Of a stretch of DNA of 64,000 bases, positions 9,815 through 19,316 are shown in pieces. Source of the stretch: Candidatus Latescibacterota bacterium (lineage in GTDB: Bacteria > Latescibacterota > UBA2968 > UBA8231). The notes beneath the pieces were generated by a model, which was given only the letters and a program-made list of their open reading frames with translations, had not been told where the DNA came from and ran no database searches. The DNA lies in assembly GCA_965248265.1 (NCBI GenBank), contig CBDFJF010000002.1, forward strand, positions 1 through 64,000, in the 5' to 3' direction. The position numbers and the translations under genes were made by a program. The first letter of the stretch is position 1; each line of letters starts with the position of its first letter.

Positions 9815-10619
9815 ATCCATTATCGCGATTTTGGCGAAAAATTATCGCAAGCGGCAATACCTGACCGGTGACGAAACGGGCTTCGTCCGAAGCGAGGTAG
9901 ATCGCCAGGTAAGCGATATCAACGGGCTCGCCGACCATCTCCAGGGGTTGGAAGCTCCAATGGACGATCCGGCTCTCGTCACCGAAGCGTTCAATGAATT
10001 CCGCTCGCGCTTCGGGTTTCAGCCTGCGAGGCACCAGGTCGCGATCGCCACCCAAATAGATGGCGCCAGGGCTGACGACGTTGACGCGGATGCGTGAGGG
10101 CGCCAGCTCCGCAGCCAGCGCCCGAGTACCACCGATGATGCCGCCTTTCGTAGTGGCATATACGGTATTGCCTGGGCTGCCTTCAATTCCATGGACTGAA
10201 GCCATGTTGATTATGGAGCCCTTACCTCGCTCCTTCATCAGTGGGACGGCCAGCTGGCAACCCAGGTGCATGCCGCGCAAGTTGGCGTCCATCTGTCGGT
10301 TGTAATCCTCGTCCGTCACCCGGTCGACGGGAACATCCGAGCCGACGCCGGCGTTGTTGACGAGGATATCGAGGCCGCCGAAGTGCTCTACCGTGGTCGC
10401 GAACAGTGCCTCCATCTGCTCCCGCACACCCACGTCGGTAGGAAAAGCCAATACCTCGCCGCCCAACTCTTCGACTTCGGACTTCACCCGCTCGAGCTTG
10501 TCGGCGGAGCGCGCGGCAATGACGATCTTTGCTCCGTGCTGGGCGAAGAGCAAGGCGATGCCGCGGCCGATGCCCTGGCCGCCCCCGGTGATGATGGCGA
10601 TCCTGTCTTTGAGTCTCAT
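9813..10619 (-). CDS. SDR family oxidoreductase, C-terminus probably replaced by prophage DNA
   Basis: TGGGQGIG, NNAG and YATTK motifs. It ends FVTGQVLPLAIIFRQNRDNG instead of the usual TGQxxxVDGG. Real start is MRLKDR at 10619. Confidence 0.85.
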   Translation of the reverse strand: MRLKDRIAIITGGGQGIGRGIALLFAQHGAKIVIAARSADKLERVKSEVEELGGEVLAFPTDVGVREQMEALFATTVEHFGGLDILVNNAGVGSDVPVDRVTDEDYNRQMDANLRGMHLGCQLAVPLMKERGKGSIINMASVHGIEGSPGNTVYATTKGGIIGGTRALAAELAPSRIRVNVVSPGAIYLGGDRDLVPRRLKPEARAEFIERFGDESRIVHWSFQPLEMVGEPVDIAYLAIYLASDEARFVTGQVLPLAIIFRQNRDNG

Positions 10620-11488
10620 TCCTCTTCCTCCCCGTTCAGTGCACGGGCATACTCTTCCCGCTTCACGGTATCGGCAAACAGTAAATCCGCGCTGTCTTCC
10701 AGCACATCCGCGACCAGTCCCTGATCCCCCAGCCGGAACATGGCCCGTGTGGCCAGCTCGGTGTCGATGTCGCTGACCAGCAGCTCTTCGCGCATGAGTT
10801 CCGTCTGTGCGTGGATGCGGCCATCCGGCGCCACGATCATGCTCCGGCTGTTCTGGTGCGGAGGAAGGCAGGCGTTGCACGAGGCGAACCACACCGTGTT
10901 CTCGGCGGCGCGAGTGACGATCATGGCGTGGTGAACGGGAATTTTCCAGTCATTCGGACGCGTGGTGTTGTTTTGCGGGTGGAAGATGATCTTCGCGCCA
11001 CCACGCACGCACTCAGCTGTGGTCTGGGCGAAACGCAGTCCCTCGAAACAGATAACCACGCCCACGGTCACGCCGAACAGATCGAACGTGTGTTGCCCGA
11101 TGCCCGGTTCGTAGGCCACCGCATCCAGCGGCGTGAGCATGGTCTTGTGGTGCACTCCCAGGAAGCTACCATCTTGGTCAATGACCAGCGCGCTGTTGTA
11201 GGGTTTGCCGCCATCCGACTTCACTTCAGTACCCAGGATGCAGGCCATACCCAGCTGTGCGCAGCGCGCCGATACTTCGGCGTGCACCTCACCCAGCCAA
11301 TCCATGGGAACTGGGTCTTCGGTCGAGGCAATGTCAACTCGATACCCGAAGGTCTGCGTCTCAGGGAAGCACAGGATCTGCACATCCTGAACCCCCGCGC
11401 TGTCGACGGCCTCCATGATGGACCGGCGATTGTCCTGCCGGTTTGCTGTCTGTCGCGTCTGCGCCAGAGCGATGCGTAGTTGAGTCAT
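10616..11488 (-). CDS. Carbon-nitrogen hydrolase (nitrilase superfamily)
   Basis: LCFPE, HHK and VVICFEG give the catalytic Glu-Lys-Cys triad. Confidence 0.9.
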   Translation of the reverse strand: MTQLRIALAQTRQTANRQDNRRSIMEAVDSAGVQDVQILCFPETQTFGYRVDIASTEDPVPMDWLGEVHAEVSARCAQLGMACILGTEVKSDGGKPYNSALVIDQDGSFLGVHHKTMLTPLDAVAYEPGIGQHTFDLFGVTVGVVICFEGLRFAQTTAECVRGGAKIIFHPQNNTTRPNDWKIPVHHAMIVTRAAENTVWFASCNACLPPHQNSRSMIVAPDGRIHAQTELMREELLVSDIDTELATRAMFRLGDQGLVADVLEDSADLLFADTVKREEYARALNGEEEE

Positions 11489-11551
11489 GATCTGTCTTCT
11501 CCAGCTATGCCCGGCCGTAGGCCACCGGGATCGGCCTGGTTTGTAGGAGCA

Positions 11552-11713
11552 CTACTGGTCCTTGTCGGTAGTTGACGATGTGGGTCCGAGTGCCCGCGCA
11601 ACGAATCCAGCGAAGTCTCCGGAGGCCCTCACGGCTACGTACAGGGCTATCACATAAAACAGGCCGCTCGCCGCGAAAAAGACGATCTCCCAAATGGCTT
11701 TCCAGGTTTCCAC
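11552..11713 (-). CDS. Small single-TM membrane protein next to the symporter
   Basis: GTG start (METWKAIWEIVFF...) with one hydrophobic helix, directly downstream of the SSS gene. Confidence 0.55.
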   Translation of the reverse strand: METWKAIWEIVFFAASGLFYVIALYVAVRASGDFAGFVARALGPTSSTTDKDQ

Positions 11714-11736
11714 GTTTTCGTCTCTCTTTGAGAAAT

Positions 11737-13287
11737 CTATTCCATGTCGTTGAAATCGAGTGGCCGGGCCGGGTGCGACCGCTGGGTCAGCCATGCACCC
11801 ACCACCATGCCGAGTCCCCCCAGAATCAAGCTGAGCAAGGCGGGGAGACTGGAACTTTCGACCAATGGGATCAAAAAATCAGGTACCGATTCCGGAAACA
11901 GGTTCATGATGAGGAAGTTGATCGGAGCCAGCGCGCCAAGGATGAGGGCGCAGTAGGCACCGGGTGTGTTGGCGCGTTTCCAATACAGTCCGAGGGCAAC
12001 CGTGCCCACGGTGCCGGCCATGTACAGGGTTCCCGTAATGAACATGAACTTGAAGGCGGTCTCAGGCATCCTATCTATGTAGTAGATGCCGAATATTCCC
12101 AGGAAGGCGGCCAGCAAGACGACGACGATTCGCGTCCACAGGACCTGCTGAGTGCTGGAGAGTCCGCCCCAGGTATCGTCGTCCTCTTCACGGCCGCTGA
12201 GGTCGCCTTTGACGATGGCTCTGAGTGGGGAGATGACATCACGAACGATGACACCGCTCCAGGCAAGCAGATAGCTGTCGTGCGTTGACATGAAGGCGGC
12301 GAACATGCCCGCTAGCAGGATGCCGGCCAAGCCTACGGGCAGCAGCGCGCCCATCATTTCCGGCATGGCAGATTGACCGTCGCGACCAGGGTCGTTGAAG
12401 TAGGCCAGCGCGGCCGCACCCCAGAGCATGGGAATGACGGCCCGGCCCACCGCGGTGCCGCTTTGGACCCAGAGCACGCGGCGGGCAACGCGGGAGTTCT
12501 GCGCGCTCAAAGCGCGGGTCAGCTCCGGTTGCCAGAGAATGACGAAGAAGGAAATGCAGATGAAATAGGAAATGAAGGTCCATCCGAAGGCGTCGTTGTG
12601 GAGGGGATCGAACCCGGACAAGCCGTGGTGACGCTCAACCGCGTCGACGATGCGGTCCCACCCCAATTCGGGTGCGGTTAAAATAAAGTAGGTGCCGAAC
12701 AGGAAACCGATCGACAGCAGGATGTACTGTGCAAAATCGGTGAGGACGACGGATACCATGCCCCCCATCAGGGTATAGAGGACGACGACGACGAGCATGG
12801 CGATCATGACATAGTTGACGGATTCCTGGGGAAGGCCGGTGAAACCGACGACGAATTTGCTGCCGAGGATGGGAAACAGGCCCATGTTGATGGTGCCGGC
12901 GATGGCGAGAATGCAGCCACCAAGCAGTCGTACTCCACGTGAGTACTTGATCTCATAGAATTCGGGCACTGTCATGACCCGCAAGTGTCGGAGCCGGGAA
13001 ATGATAAAGCCGGTGCGGCCGACGACCATCTGGGTGATGGCGGCGATGACACCGATGAGGAATGGGGCGAACCCGTTGCGGAAGCCCTCCTCGGCGAAAT
13101 ACATGACCGTGACCAGGCCGAGACCGGTGGAGATCATACTGGCGGCTCCCATGTGGGTGCCCAGTGACCGTCCGGCCACCAGAAAATCGGCGATGCCACG
13201 GATGGATCGCCTGGCCAGAACACCGGCGAGAATGGTGGCGGCGACGTAGCCAACGACGATGGTCAGATCGATCCAGCTAAGTCTCAT
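11737..13287 (-). CDS. Sodium:solute symporter family transporter
   Basis: DFLVAGRSLG, YTLMGGMVSVVLTDFAQ and AAFMST motifs; ~13 TM helices. Confidence 0.92.
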   Translation of the reverse strand: MRLSWIDLTIVVGYVAATILAGVLARRSIRGIADFLVAGRSLGTHMGAASMISTGLGLVTVMYFAEEGFRNGFAPFLIGVIAAITQMVVGRTGFIISRLRHLRVMTVPEFYEIKYSRGVRLLGGCILAIAGTINMGLFPILGSKFVVGFTGLPQESVNYVMIAMLVVVVLYTLMGGMVSVVLTDFAQYILLSIGFLFGTYFILTAPELGWDRIVDAVERHHGLSGFDPLHNDAFGWTFISYFICISFFVILWQPELTRALSAQNSRVARRVLWVQSGTAVGRAVIPMLWGAAALAYFNDPGRDGQSAMPEMMGALLPVGLAGILLAGMFAAFMSTHDSYLLAWSGVIVRDVISPLRAIVKGDLSGREEDDDTWGGLSSTQQVLWTRIVVVLLAAFLGIFGIYYIDRMPETAFKFMFITGTLYMAGTVGTVALGLYWKRANTPGAYCALILGALAPINFLIMNLFPESVPDFLIPLVESSSLPALLSLILGGLGMVVGAWLTQRSHPARPLDFNDME

Positions 13288-13446
13288 TCGCGGTCCAGAT
13301 GGAAGGGTGGCCGGGGTGGTTTTCATTGACCGTCCCCGGGGCTTCCATTATTATCAAAAGTTCCAATTCAATCAATAGGTTAGCGCACCCCGGCAGGGCC
13401 GTTTGGAGCTCTTCAAGAGACACCAGGCACAGGAGACACGGCGAGA

Positions 13447-14418
13447 ATGAACGGTCTCAGCGAGACTCAGGCGGACCAGTACGCCAGGAAGGGATTCGTC
13501 ATGGTCCCCGACGTGTTTGATCCCGCCGATCTACAACCTCTGCGAGATGAGTTGACGGACGTCATTCACTCCTGTGCCATCGAGCTAAAGGCCGCGGGCA
13601 AGATCAGTAGTCTTTACGAGGACGAGCCGTTCGAGCGTCGCCTCACCAGGATCATGGCTGAATCAGAGGAGGTCATGCACGCCCTAACCGGCAAGGGGGG
13701 AGGCGGCCACAGCGGCAAGGCGTTTTTCGAACTCATCACCCACGAAAAGTTGCTAACCAGGATAGAATCGTTGGTCGGCCCCGAGATCGTGGGCTCCTCG
13801 GTCTATCGCATTCGCGCCAAGGTCCCCGGTTATGACAGGGGGGTGGTACCATGGCATCAGGACTCGGGGTACTTCAACCCGTTCTGCGATGACAAGCTGA
13901 TCGTCACTTGCTGGATTCCCCTCGTCGACACGACACCGGAGAACGGCTGCCTGCAGGTGTTGCCGTACTGCCGGTCCGACGGAGTAGTCGAGCACCATCG
14001 TGGCGGCCCCAACGGGTACCTGGCTATCAAGGATGAGAATCTGCCGGCCGGAGAAGCCGTCACCGTGCCGATGCCTGCAGGCGGGGTGTTGTTCATGACC
14101 AACTGCACTCCGCACATGTCGACGGCGCACCAGGTTGATATGGTGCGCTGGGCCATCGACGTGCGTTATCAATCCGCACAGCTGCCGAACAATGTAGACG
14201 AACCTCCGGAACGCTACGACGCCACCTTGCCACTGAGCGAGATGGCCTGCTACCCTCCAGAGGCGGATTTCGTGATCAAGAGTCCCGAGAATCCGGATTC
14301 TGAGATCTCGAATTGGGAAAAATTCCAGGAGATTCGCCAGAGTTATCAGGACCAACGACCGAGTTTCAAGGGCAGAGGTTGGGAAACCTGGGAAGCGCTT
14401 GACGGCGTGGCCGGGTAA
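13447..14418 (+). CDS. Phytanoyl-CoA dioxygenase (PhyH) family protein
   Basis: PWHQDSGY, WIPLVDTTPENGCL and the distal His in TPH. Confidence 0.9.
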   Translation: MNGLSETQADQYARKGFVMVPDVFDPADLQPLRDELTDVIHSCAIELKAAGKISSLYEDEPFERRLTRIMAESEEVMHALTGKGGGGHSGKAFFELITHEKLLTRIESLVGPEIVGSSVYRIRAKVPGYDRGVVPWHQDSGYFNPFCDDKLIVTCWIPLVDTTPENGCLQVLPYCRSDGVVEHHRGGPNGYLAIKDENLPAGEAVTVPMPAGGVLFMTNCTPHMSTAHQVDMVRWAIDVRYQSAQLPNNVDEPPERYDATLPLSEMACYPPEADFVIKSPENPDSEISNWEKFQEIRQSYQDQRPSFKGRGWETWEALDGVAG

Positions 14419-14460
14419 ACTCACAGACACCACATGGCAATCAAAGAGGAGCGTTTTTCG

Positions 14461-14958
14461 ATGATACGGAGAGCTATTCTGTTGGCGCTGGCATGCTCAT
14501 TGGCCGTATTGGTTGGCGTCGCTGGTTGTTCCGGAGACGGCACCACCCTGGGCCCATCCGGGACACCAGATACCGCGATGAACGGCGACAACGGTGACAA
14601 TGGGGAAAACGGTGACAATGGCGACAATGGTGACAACGGTGACCCCACGGTGACCCTGGCGACGTTGAGCGCGGAGATATTCACCCCCAACTGTGCCGTC
14701 AGCGGCTGCCACGCAGGGCCCAACGCCTCCAATGGGATGTCGCTGGAGGCCAGTGTGATCGCAGATGAGATTATCGGCATAACCAGCACACGGGATGGAT
14801 CTACCCTGCGCATCGCCCCCGGCGATCCGGATAACTCGCTCATTGTACAGAAGGTGCGTGGTGAAGCAGGGAGTCGGATGCCGCTGAGCGCACCGGCACT
14901 GTCGGCGGAAGCGATCGCCAAGCTTGTCGAATGGATCGAAGCCGGTGCCAATCCCTAG
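14461..14958 (+). CDS. Lipoprotein with cytochrome c-like domain (CxxxxCH)
   Basis: Lipobox VAGC, CAVSGCH, PGDPDNSLI, RMP (Met ligand) and WIEAGA. Confidence 0.7.
   Translation: MIRRAILLALACSLAVLVGVAGCSGDGTTLGPSGTPDTAMNGDNGDNGENGDNGDNGDNGDPTVTLATLSAEIFTPNCAVSGCHAGPNASNGMSLEASVIADEIIGITSTRDGSTLRIAPGDPDNSLIVQKVRGEAGSRMPLSAPALSAEAIAKLVEWIEAGANP
14581..14643 (+). repeat. Seven 9-nt tandem repeats encoding (NGD/E)7
   Basis: aacggcgac aacggtgac aatggggaa aacggtgac aatggcgac aatggtgac aacggtgac. Confidence 0.9.
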
Positions 14959-15003
14959 CCACCACGAAGACCACCACAGAATCAGCAGTACCAGGAGAAT
15001 ACG

Positions 15004-16158
15004 ATGACGACGACAGTCGAGTCCGCCGTGCGCGAACGCTACAGTGAGGCGGCAAAGGCACCGGAAGCAGCACTGTGCTGCCCCGTCCAGTACAATCCGC
15101 AATATCTGAAGATCATCCCGGAAGAGATCATCGAGAAGGATTACGGTTGCGGCGATCCTTCCCAGCATGTGGGCTCCGGAGAGGTCGTCGTAGACCTGGG
15201 CTCGGGTGGCGGTAAGAGCTGTTTCATCGCCTCGCAGATCGTCGGTGCCGAGGGCAAGGTCATTGGCGTGGACATGAACGATGAGATGCTCGCATTGGCC
15301 CGCAAGTACCAACCGGAGATCATCGCACAAGTCGGCTATGACAACGTCGAGTTCCGGAAGGGACGCATCCAGGACTTGAGTCTGGATCGCGATCTCTTAG
15401 ATGTCTGGCTGCGGGACAATCCGGTCACGGACGAGTCATCGCTGCGGCTGATGGAAGAAACGGTTTCCAGATTTAGGCAGGATCAGCCGCTGGTGGCCGA
15501 TGACTCGGTTGACGTCGTCATCAGCAACTGTGTCCTCAACCTGGTTTCTGATGACGAGAAAAAGGAATTGTTCGGCGAGGTGTTCCGGGTGCTGCGGCGC
15601 GGTGGCCGGGCGGCTATCAGCGACATCGTCGCCGACGAGCCCGTCCCGCAGGAACTCAAGGACGATCCTGAACTGTGGAGTGGCTGCGTCTCTGGCGCCA
15701 TGCAGGAAGAGGAGTTTCTCAAGGCCTTCGAGAGCGCCGGCTTTTATGGCATCGAAATAACGAAGCGGGATGAGCAACCCTGGCGCGTGGTTGGGGGCAT
15801 CGAGTTCCGCGCCGTCACCGTTGTCGCCTACAAGGGCAAGGAAGGCGCGTGCTGGGATCACAACGAAGCCCTCATCTATCGTGGCCCCTTCAAGTCGGTG
15901 AGCGATGACGATGGACACACCTTCGTGCGCGGTCAGCGTGTCGCCGTGTGCCGGAAGACGAGGGCAATCTTCTCCCGCGCCCCGTACAGCGACTACTTCG
16001 AGGTCGTGGAGCCTCTAAACGCGGTTACCGAGCCGGAGCCGTTCCCCTGCGACAGCGGCACTCTGCTGCGCCATCCGCGGCAGACGAAGGGGGAGGATTA
16101 CGGTCTGACGACGGAAGCGGGTGCGTGTTGCGAACCGGAAGAGGGAGCGTGTTGCTAG
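15004..16158 (+). CDS. arsM: Arsenite S-adenosylmethionine methyltransferase (ArsM/AS3MT-like)
   Basis: LCCP, YGCGDP, DLGSGGG, ISNCVLNL and WSGCVSGA conserved Cys motifs; Cys-pair C-terminus CCEPEEGACC. Confidence 0.75.
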   Translation: MTTTVESAVRERYSEAAKAPEAALCCPVQYNPQYLKIIPEEIIEKDYGCGDPSQHVGSGEVVVDLGSGGGKSCFIASQIVGAEGKVIGVDMNDEMLALARKYQPEIIAQVGYDNVEFRKGRIQDLSLDRDLLDVWLRDNPVTDESSLRLMEETVSRFRQDQPLVADDSVDVVISNCVLNLVSDDEKKELFGEVFRVLRRGGRAAISDIVADEPVPQELKDDPELWSGCVSGAMQEEEFLKAFESAGFYGIEITKRDEQPWRVVGGIEFRAVTVVAYKGKEGACWDHNEALIYRGPFKSVSDDDGHTFVRGQRVAVCRKTRAIFSRAPYSDYFEVVEPLNAVTEPEPFPCDSGTLLRHPRQTKGEDYGLTTEAGACCEPEEGACC

Positions 16159-16542
16159 CCACAAGGGGTTTTCGAAATCCACTCCGATTTGCGAGTCGTC
16201 CTCATCGAAGGCGGCTTCGGTTGGCTGCCACCGCTGATGTGGCGGCTGGACAAGAATTACAAGGGACTGCGCAGCGAGGTGCCCTGGTTCAAGAAACTGC
16301 CGAGCGAGTACATCCGTGAGAACATGCGGTCGACGACGCAGCCGATGGAAGAGCCTGACGATCCCCGGCATTTGATGTCGATCCTGGAAATGATCGGAAG
16401 TGACGATTTTCTGATGTTCGCAACCGATTACCCACACTGGGATTTCGACGCACCGGATCGCGCGCTTCCCGCCACGATCACCGCAGATCTGCGTGAACGC
16501 ATCACGGTGACGAATGCGACGGAGCTGTATGAGTTCGCGTAA
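16159..16542 (+). pseudogene. C-terminal fragment of an amidohydrolase_2 family protein
   Basis: GVFE..DLRVVLIEGGFGW and FATDYPHWDFD match only the last third of the family; the N-terminal HxH metal motif is absent. Confidence 0.75.
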
Positions 16543-16903
16543 CGGGGAGGTCGACGTCGGTCCAATAGAGGAGTTCACGGCGGGTCAGCCGAAGCGAGTC
16601 GAGGTCGGCAAACGCGCTCTGGTCGTGGTTCGTCGTGATGCCGATGTGTTCGCACTCCGCGACATCTGCCCCCACATGGGAGCACCGCTGTCGAGTGGAC
16701 GTGTCGGCGGCACCACGCTACCCTGCAAACCCGGCGATGAGATCGAGTACGGACGCCAGGACGAGATTCTTACCTGTCCATGGCACGGCTGGGAGTTTGA
16801 GCTGACCACGGGTAAGACCCTGTGCAATCCAGAACGGGCAAGAGTGCGCCGATACGACGCCAGAATCAGGGACGGCCGCGTTTTCGTCGATATGGGAGCC
16901 TGA
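16529..16903 (+). CDS. Rieske [2Fe-2S] ferredoxin
   Basis: CPH...CPWHGWEF motifs. Confidence 0.92.
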   Translation: MSSRNGEVDVGPIEEFTAGQPKRVEVGKRALVVVRRDADVFALRDICPHMGAPLSSGRVGGTTLPCKPGDEIEYGRQDEILTCPWHGWEFELTTGKTLCNPERARVRRYDARIRDGRVFVDMGA

Positions 16904-16906
16904 GGG

Positions 16907-18016
16907 TTGCCAGAGACGACTTCGCCATTGATGAGGGCAACTCCTGCCGAGGCTGGCATGTCGGAGGAACAGCTCGAGGTGGCGTCTCAGATACTGAACA
17001 CGGAGATCGATCGCGGTGGCATCAGCGCCGCCACCCTCCTGGTTGCCAGAGGTAATGAGGTCGTCTTCGATGCCGGGTTCGGCCGGTTGCGTCCCGAGGA
17101 TGGGCCGGCAGTTGCTCCCGACTCCATATTTCTGGTGGCTTCGATCACCAAGCCGGTGACGGCGATCGCGCTGATGCTGCTGGTCGACCGCGGCCTGGTC
17201 TGCCTGGACGATCCGGTATCCCTATACATCCCAGAATTCAACGGCAGTGATCGCGTGCACATGACGGTGCGGCAGCTGCTCACGCATACCTCGGGCATGC
17301 CGGACATGCTGCCGGAAAACGAGGATCTGCGGCGGGCCCACGAGCCTGTTTCCACTTTCGTGGAAAGGGCGATCACGACACCGTTGCTGTTTGCGCCGGG
17401 CACAGCCTTCCGCTACCAGAGTAAGGGCATCCTGCTGGCAGCCGAGATCGTGCAACGGGTTTCGGATCAGGCCCTGCGTGACTTCGAGGCAGAGCAGATC
17501 TTCACGCCGCTGGGCATGAACCGGACCGTATTGGGTCTGGGGTCACTGGAGGTGTCTGAAACGGTCTGGTGCTCGACGACGATGGAGGAGTCGAAGGACG
17601 ACCGCTCGTGGGGGTGGAACACACCATACTGGCGCGACTTCGGCGCGCCATGGGGAGGCATGCACACGACGACGAACGATCTGGCCATGCTGTTGCAGAT
17701 GGTGCTGAACGGGGGTCAACTAAGGGGCCGCCGGATTCTGAGCAAAGCAAGCGCAGAGGCCATGTTGACGAATCAGAACGAGGGACTCGGGGCACCGTGG
17801 GGGATCGGTTGGGCGCTGTCACGAGCGCAGCAGTGGGATTTTTTCGGAACACTGGTCTCACCAAGCACTTTCGGCCACGCCGGCGCCACCGGCACGGTCG
17901 CCTGGGCGGATCCGGAGCGCTCTCTCTCGTGCGTCTGCCTGACCAACAACAACGTCAATGAAGGCAGCTTGTTGCGCCGCGTCTCGAATGCGGTCGTGGC
18001 CGCCGTCGAAGACTGA
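16907..18016 (+). CDS. Serine hydrolase, beta-lactamase family
   Basis: SITK (SxxK), LLTHTSG, FRYQS and FGHAGATG motifs. Confidence 0.9.
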   Translation: MPETTSPLMRATPAEAGMSEEQLEVASQILNTEIDRGGISAATLLVARGNEVVFDAGFGRLRPEDGPAVAPDSIFLVASITKPVTAIALMLLVDRGLVCLDDPVSLYIPEFNGSDRVHMTVRQLLTHTSGMPDMLPENEDLRRAHEPVSTFVERAITTPLLFAPGTAFRYQSKGILLAAEIVQRVSDQALRDFEAEQIFTPLGMNRTVLGLGSLEVSETVWCSTTMEESKDDRSWGWNTPYWRDFGAPWGGMHTTTNDLAMLLQMVLNGGQLRGRRILSKASAEAMLTNQNEGLGAPWGIGWALSRAQQWDFFGTLVSPSTFGHAGATGTVAWADPERSLSCVCLTNNNVNEGSLLRRVSNAVVAAVED

Positions 18017-18032
18017 GTCGAAACGGGCAATC

Positions 18033-18524
18033 ATGACCGCCGATGCCGATCTTCAACGCCAGGTGATGGGGCGCTTTGCCACGGGCGTCACCGTGGTCAC
18101 CACCCGCCATGGGGAGGAGATCAGCGGTATGACCGCCAACGCCGTCATCTCCCTATCCCTCGATCCGCCGTTGATTCTGGTGTGTGTCGATCTCGAAGGC
18201 TCCATGCACGGATTGCTGAAGGCGGGCGGATGCTTCGCCGTCAATGTACTAAAGGCCGGTCAGCAGGAGCTTTCCACGCGGTTTGCCAAGCCCGGACCCA
18301 AGGATTTTTCCGGTATTGAGCTGAGTGCGGCACAGACGGGGGCACCCATCTTCGCCAGCGCTCTGGCCTACGCCGATTGCAAAGTCGTCGACATTGTTCG
18401 GGGTGGCGACCACGATATGTTCATTGGAGAGATGCTGACGGGAGAAACTCATGAGGGCGAGCCGCTGATATTCTACAGCGGGCAATACTCCAACCTGGTA
18501 GCAAGCGAAAATCAAGGGAGCTGA
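18033..18524 (+). CDS. Flavin reductase family protein
   Basis: RFATGVTVVT, SLSLDPPLILV and GGDH motifs. Confidence 0.92.
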   Translation: MTADADLQRQVMGRFATGVTVVTTRHGEEISGMTANAVISLSLDPPLILVCVDLEGSMHGLLKAGGCFAVNVLKAGQQELSTRFAKPGPKDFSGIELSAAQTGAPIFASALAYADCKVVDIVRGGDHDMFIGEMLTGETHEGEPLIFYSGQYSNLVASENQGS

Positions 18525-18611
18525 AGTGACTGAACAACGAGGATTGCGCAGCAGCATCACAACACAGGGACACCGCATGGCAGGCCCAGCCGGGTGAACG
18601 CGGGGTAGGTA

Positions 18612-19316
18612 CTACTGCGCGAAGTCGATCCGCACCGTATCGATCATCACCAATCCCTTGGGAAGCCGATCCTCATCGACCAGGTAGTCGGCCCCGGCCC
18701 GCAACAGATGCAGATCCTCGACGCCCGCGCCGGCAGCTGCGATCTGCAGTGGGAACAGGATCAGCAGGATGTTGACGTTCACATCTGCGAGGACCTCCTC
18801 GATATCTGCACAGCCGCGAGTATCCAGCAAGTCGTGGCGTCCACCCAGACACGTCCACATGTCAGGATCCGGAGTCAACGTCACGGACTGTTCGCTCCAA
18901 TCCTCACGGACTCGGAACGGCTGATCGTGAAGAGCCTGATTCACCATCTTGCCGCGGATCTGGGAAATAACCAGCAGCAACAGTCGAGATCCCTTCAGAT
19001 CCAGCTGTCCTCTCAAACGCAGGGTTAGCCGGGCATCGGTGAAATCGGTCGGATGTCCCTCGTCCAGAAACCTGTTGCCGACGTAGGGAAGCGGGGGGCG
19101 GTCCTCGAGCTCATACCACCTCTTGTGCGTGTAGAGCCACATCAGCATGTGCAGGTAACCGGCACCCGGCGGCGCGTGATTGGCGTCCAGGAACCAGGGA
19201 CTGTGGCAATAGGCTACACCATCCCATACCGGGAGGGCATACCGGCGATCGGCGTACCACCCACCGGGCCCCTCGTCGAAGGTTTCGATGTAGCTGTCTT
19301 TCACGTTCATGCGCAT
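18612..19316 (-). CDS. Hypothetical protein
   Basis: 234-aa ORF overlapping the end of the IMPase gene; no family recognised. Confidence 0.7.
   Translation of the reverse strand: MRMNVKDSYIETFDEGPGGWYADRRYALPVWDGVAYCHSPWFLDANHAPPGAGYLHMLMWLYTHKRWYELEDRPPLPYVGNRFLDEGHPTDFTDARLTLRLRGQLDLKGSRLLLLVISQIRGKMVNQALHDQPFRVREDWSEQSVTLTPDPDMWTCLGGRHDLLDTRGCADIEEVLADVNVNILLILFPLQIAAAGAGVEDLHLLRAGADYLVDEDRLPKGLVMIDTVRIDFAQ

Larger units (their letters stand above)
1..9856 (+). mobile_element. Right end of a prophage (siphovirus-like tail module); extends left beyond the window
   Basis: Co-oriented, tightly coupled genes in canonical tail order (chaperone G/GT, tape measure, Dit-like, tail tip, LamG fibre, beta-helix protein). 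They are followed by a terminator and an abrupt switch to host metabolic genes on the opposite strand. Confidence 0.9.

Noticed and set aside
16156-16158. Amber (pyrrolysine) readthrough fusing arsM to an amidohydrolase
   Set aside because: The downstream part is only a C-terminal third, arsM ends in a natural CC tail, and no pyl genes are seen.
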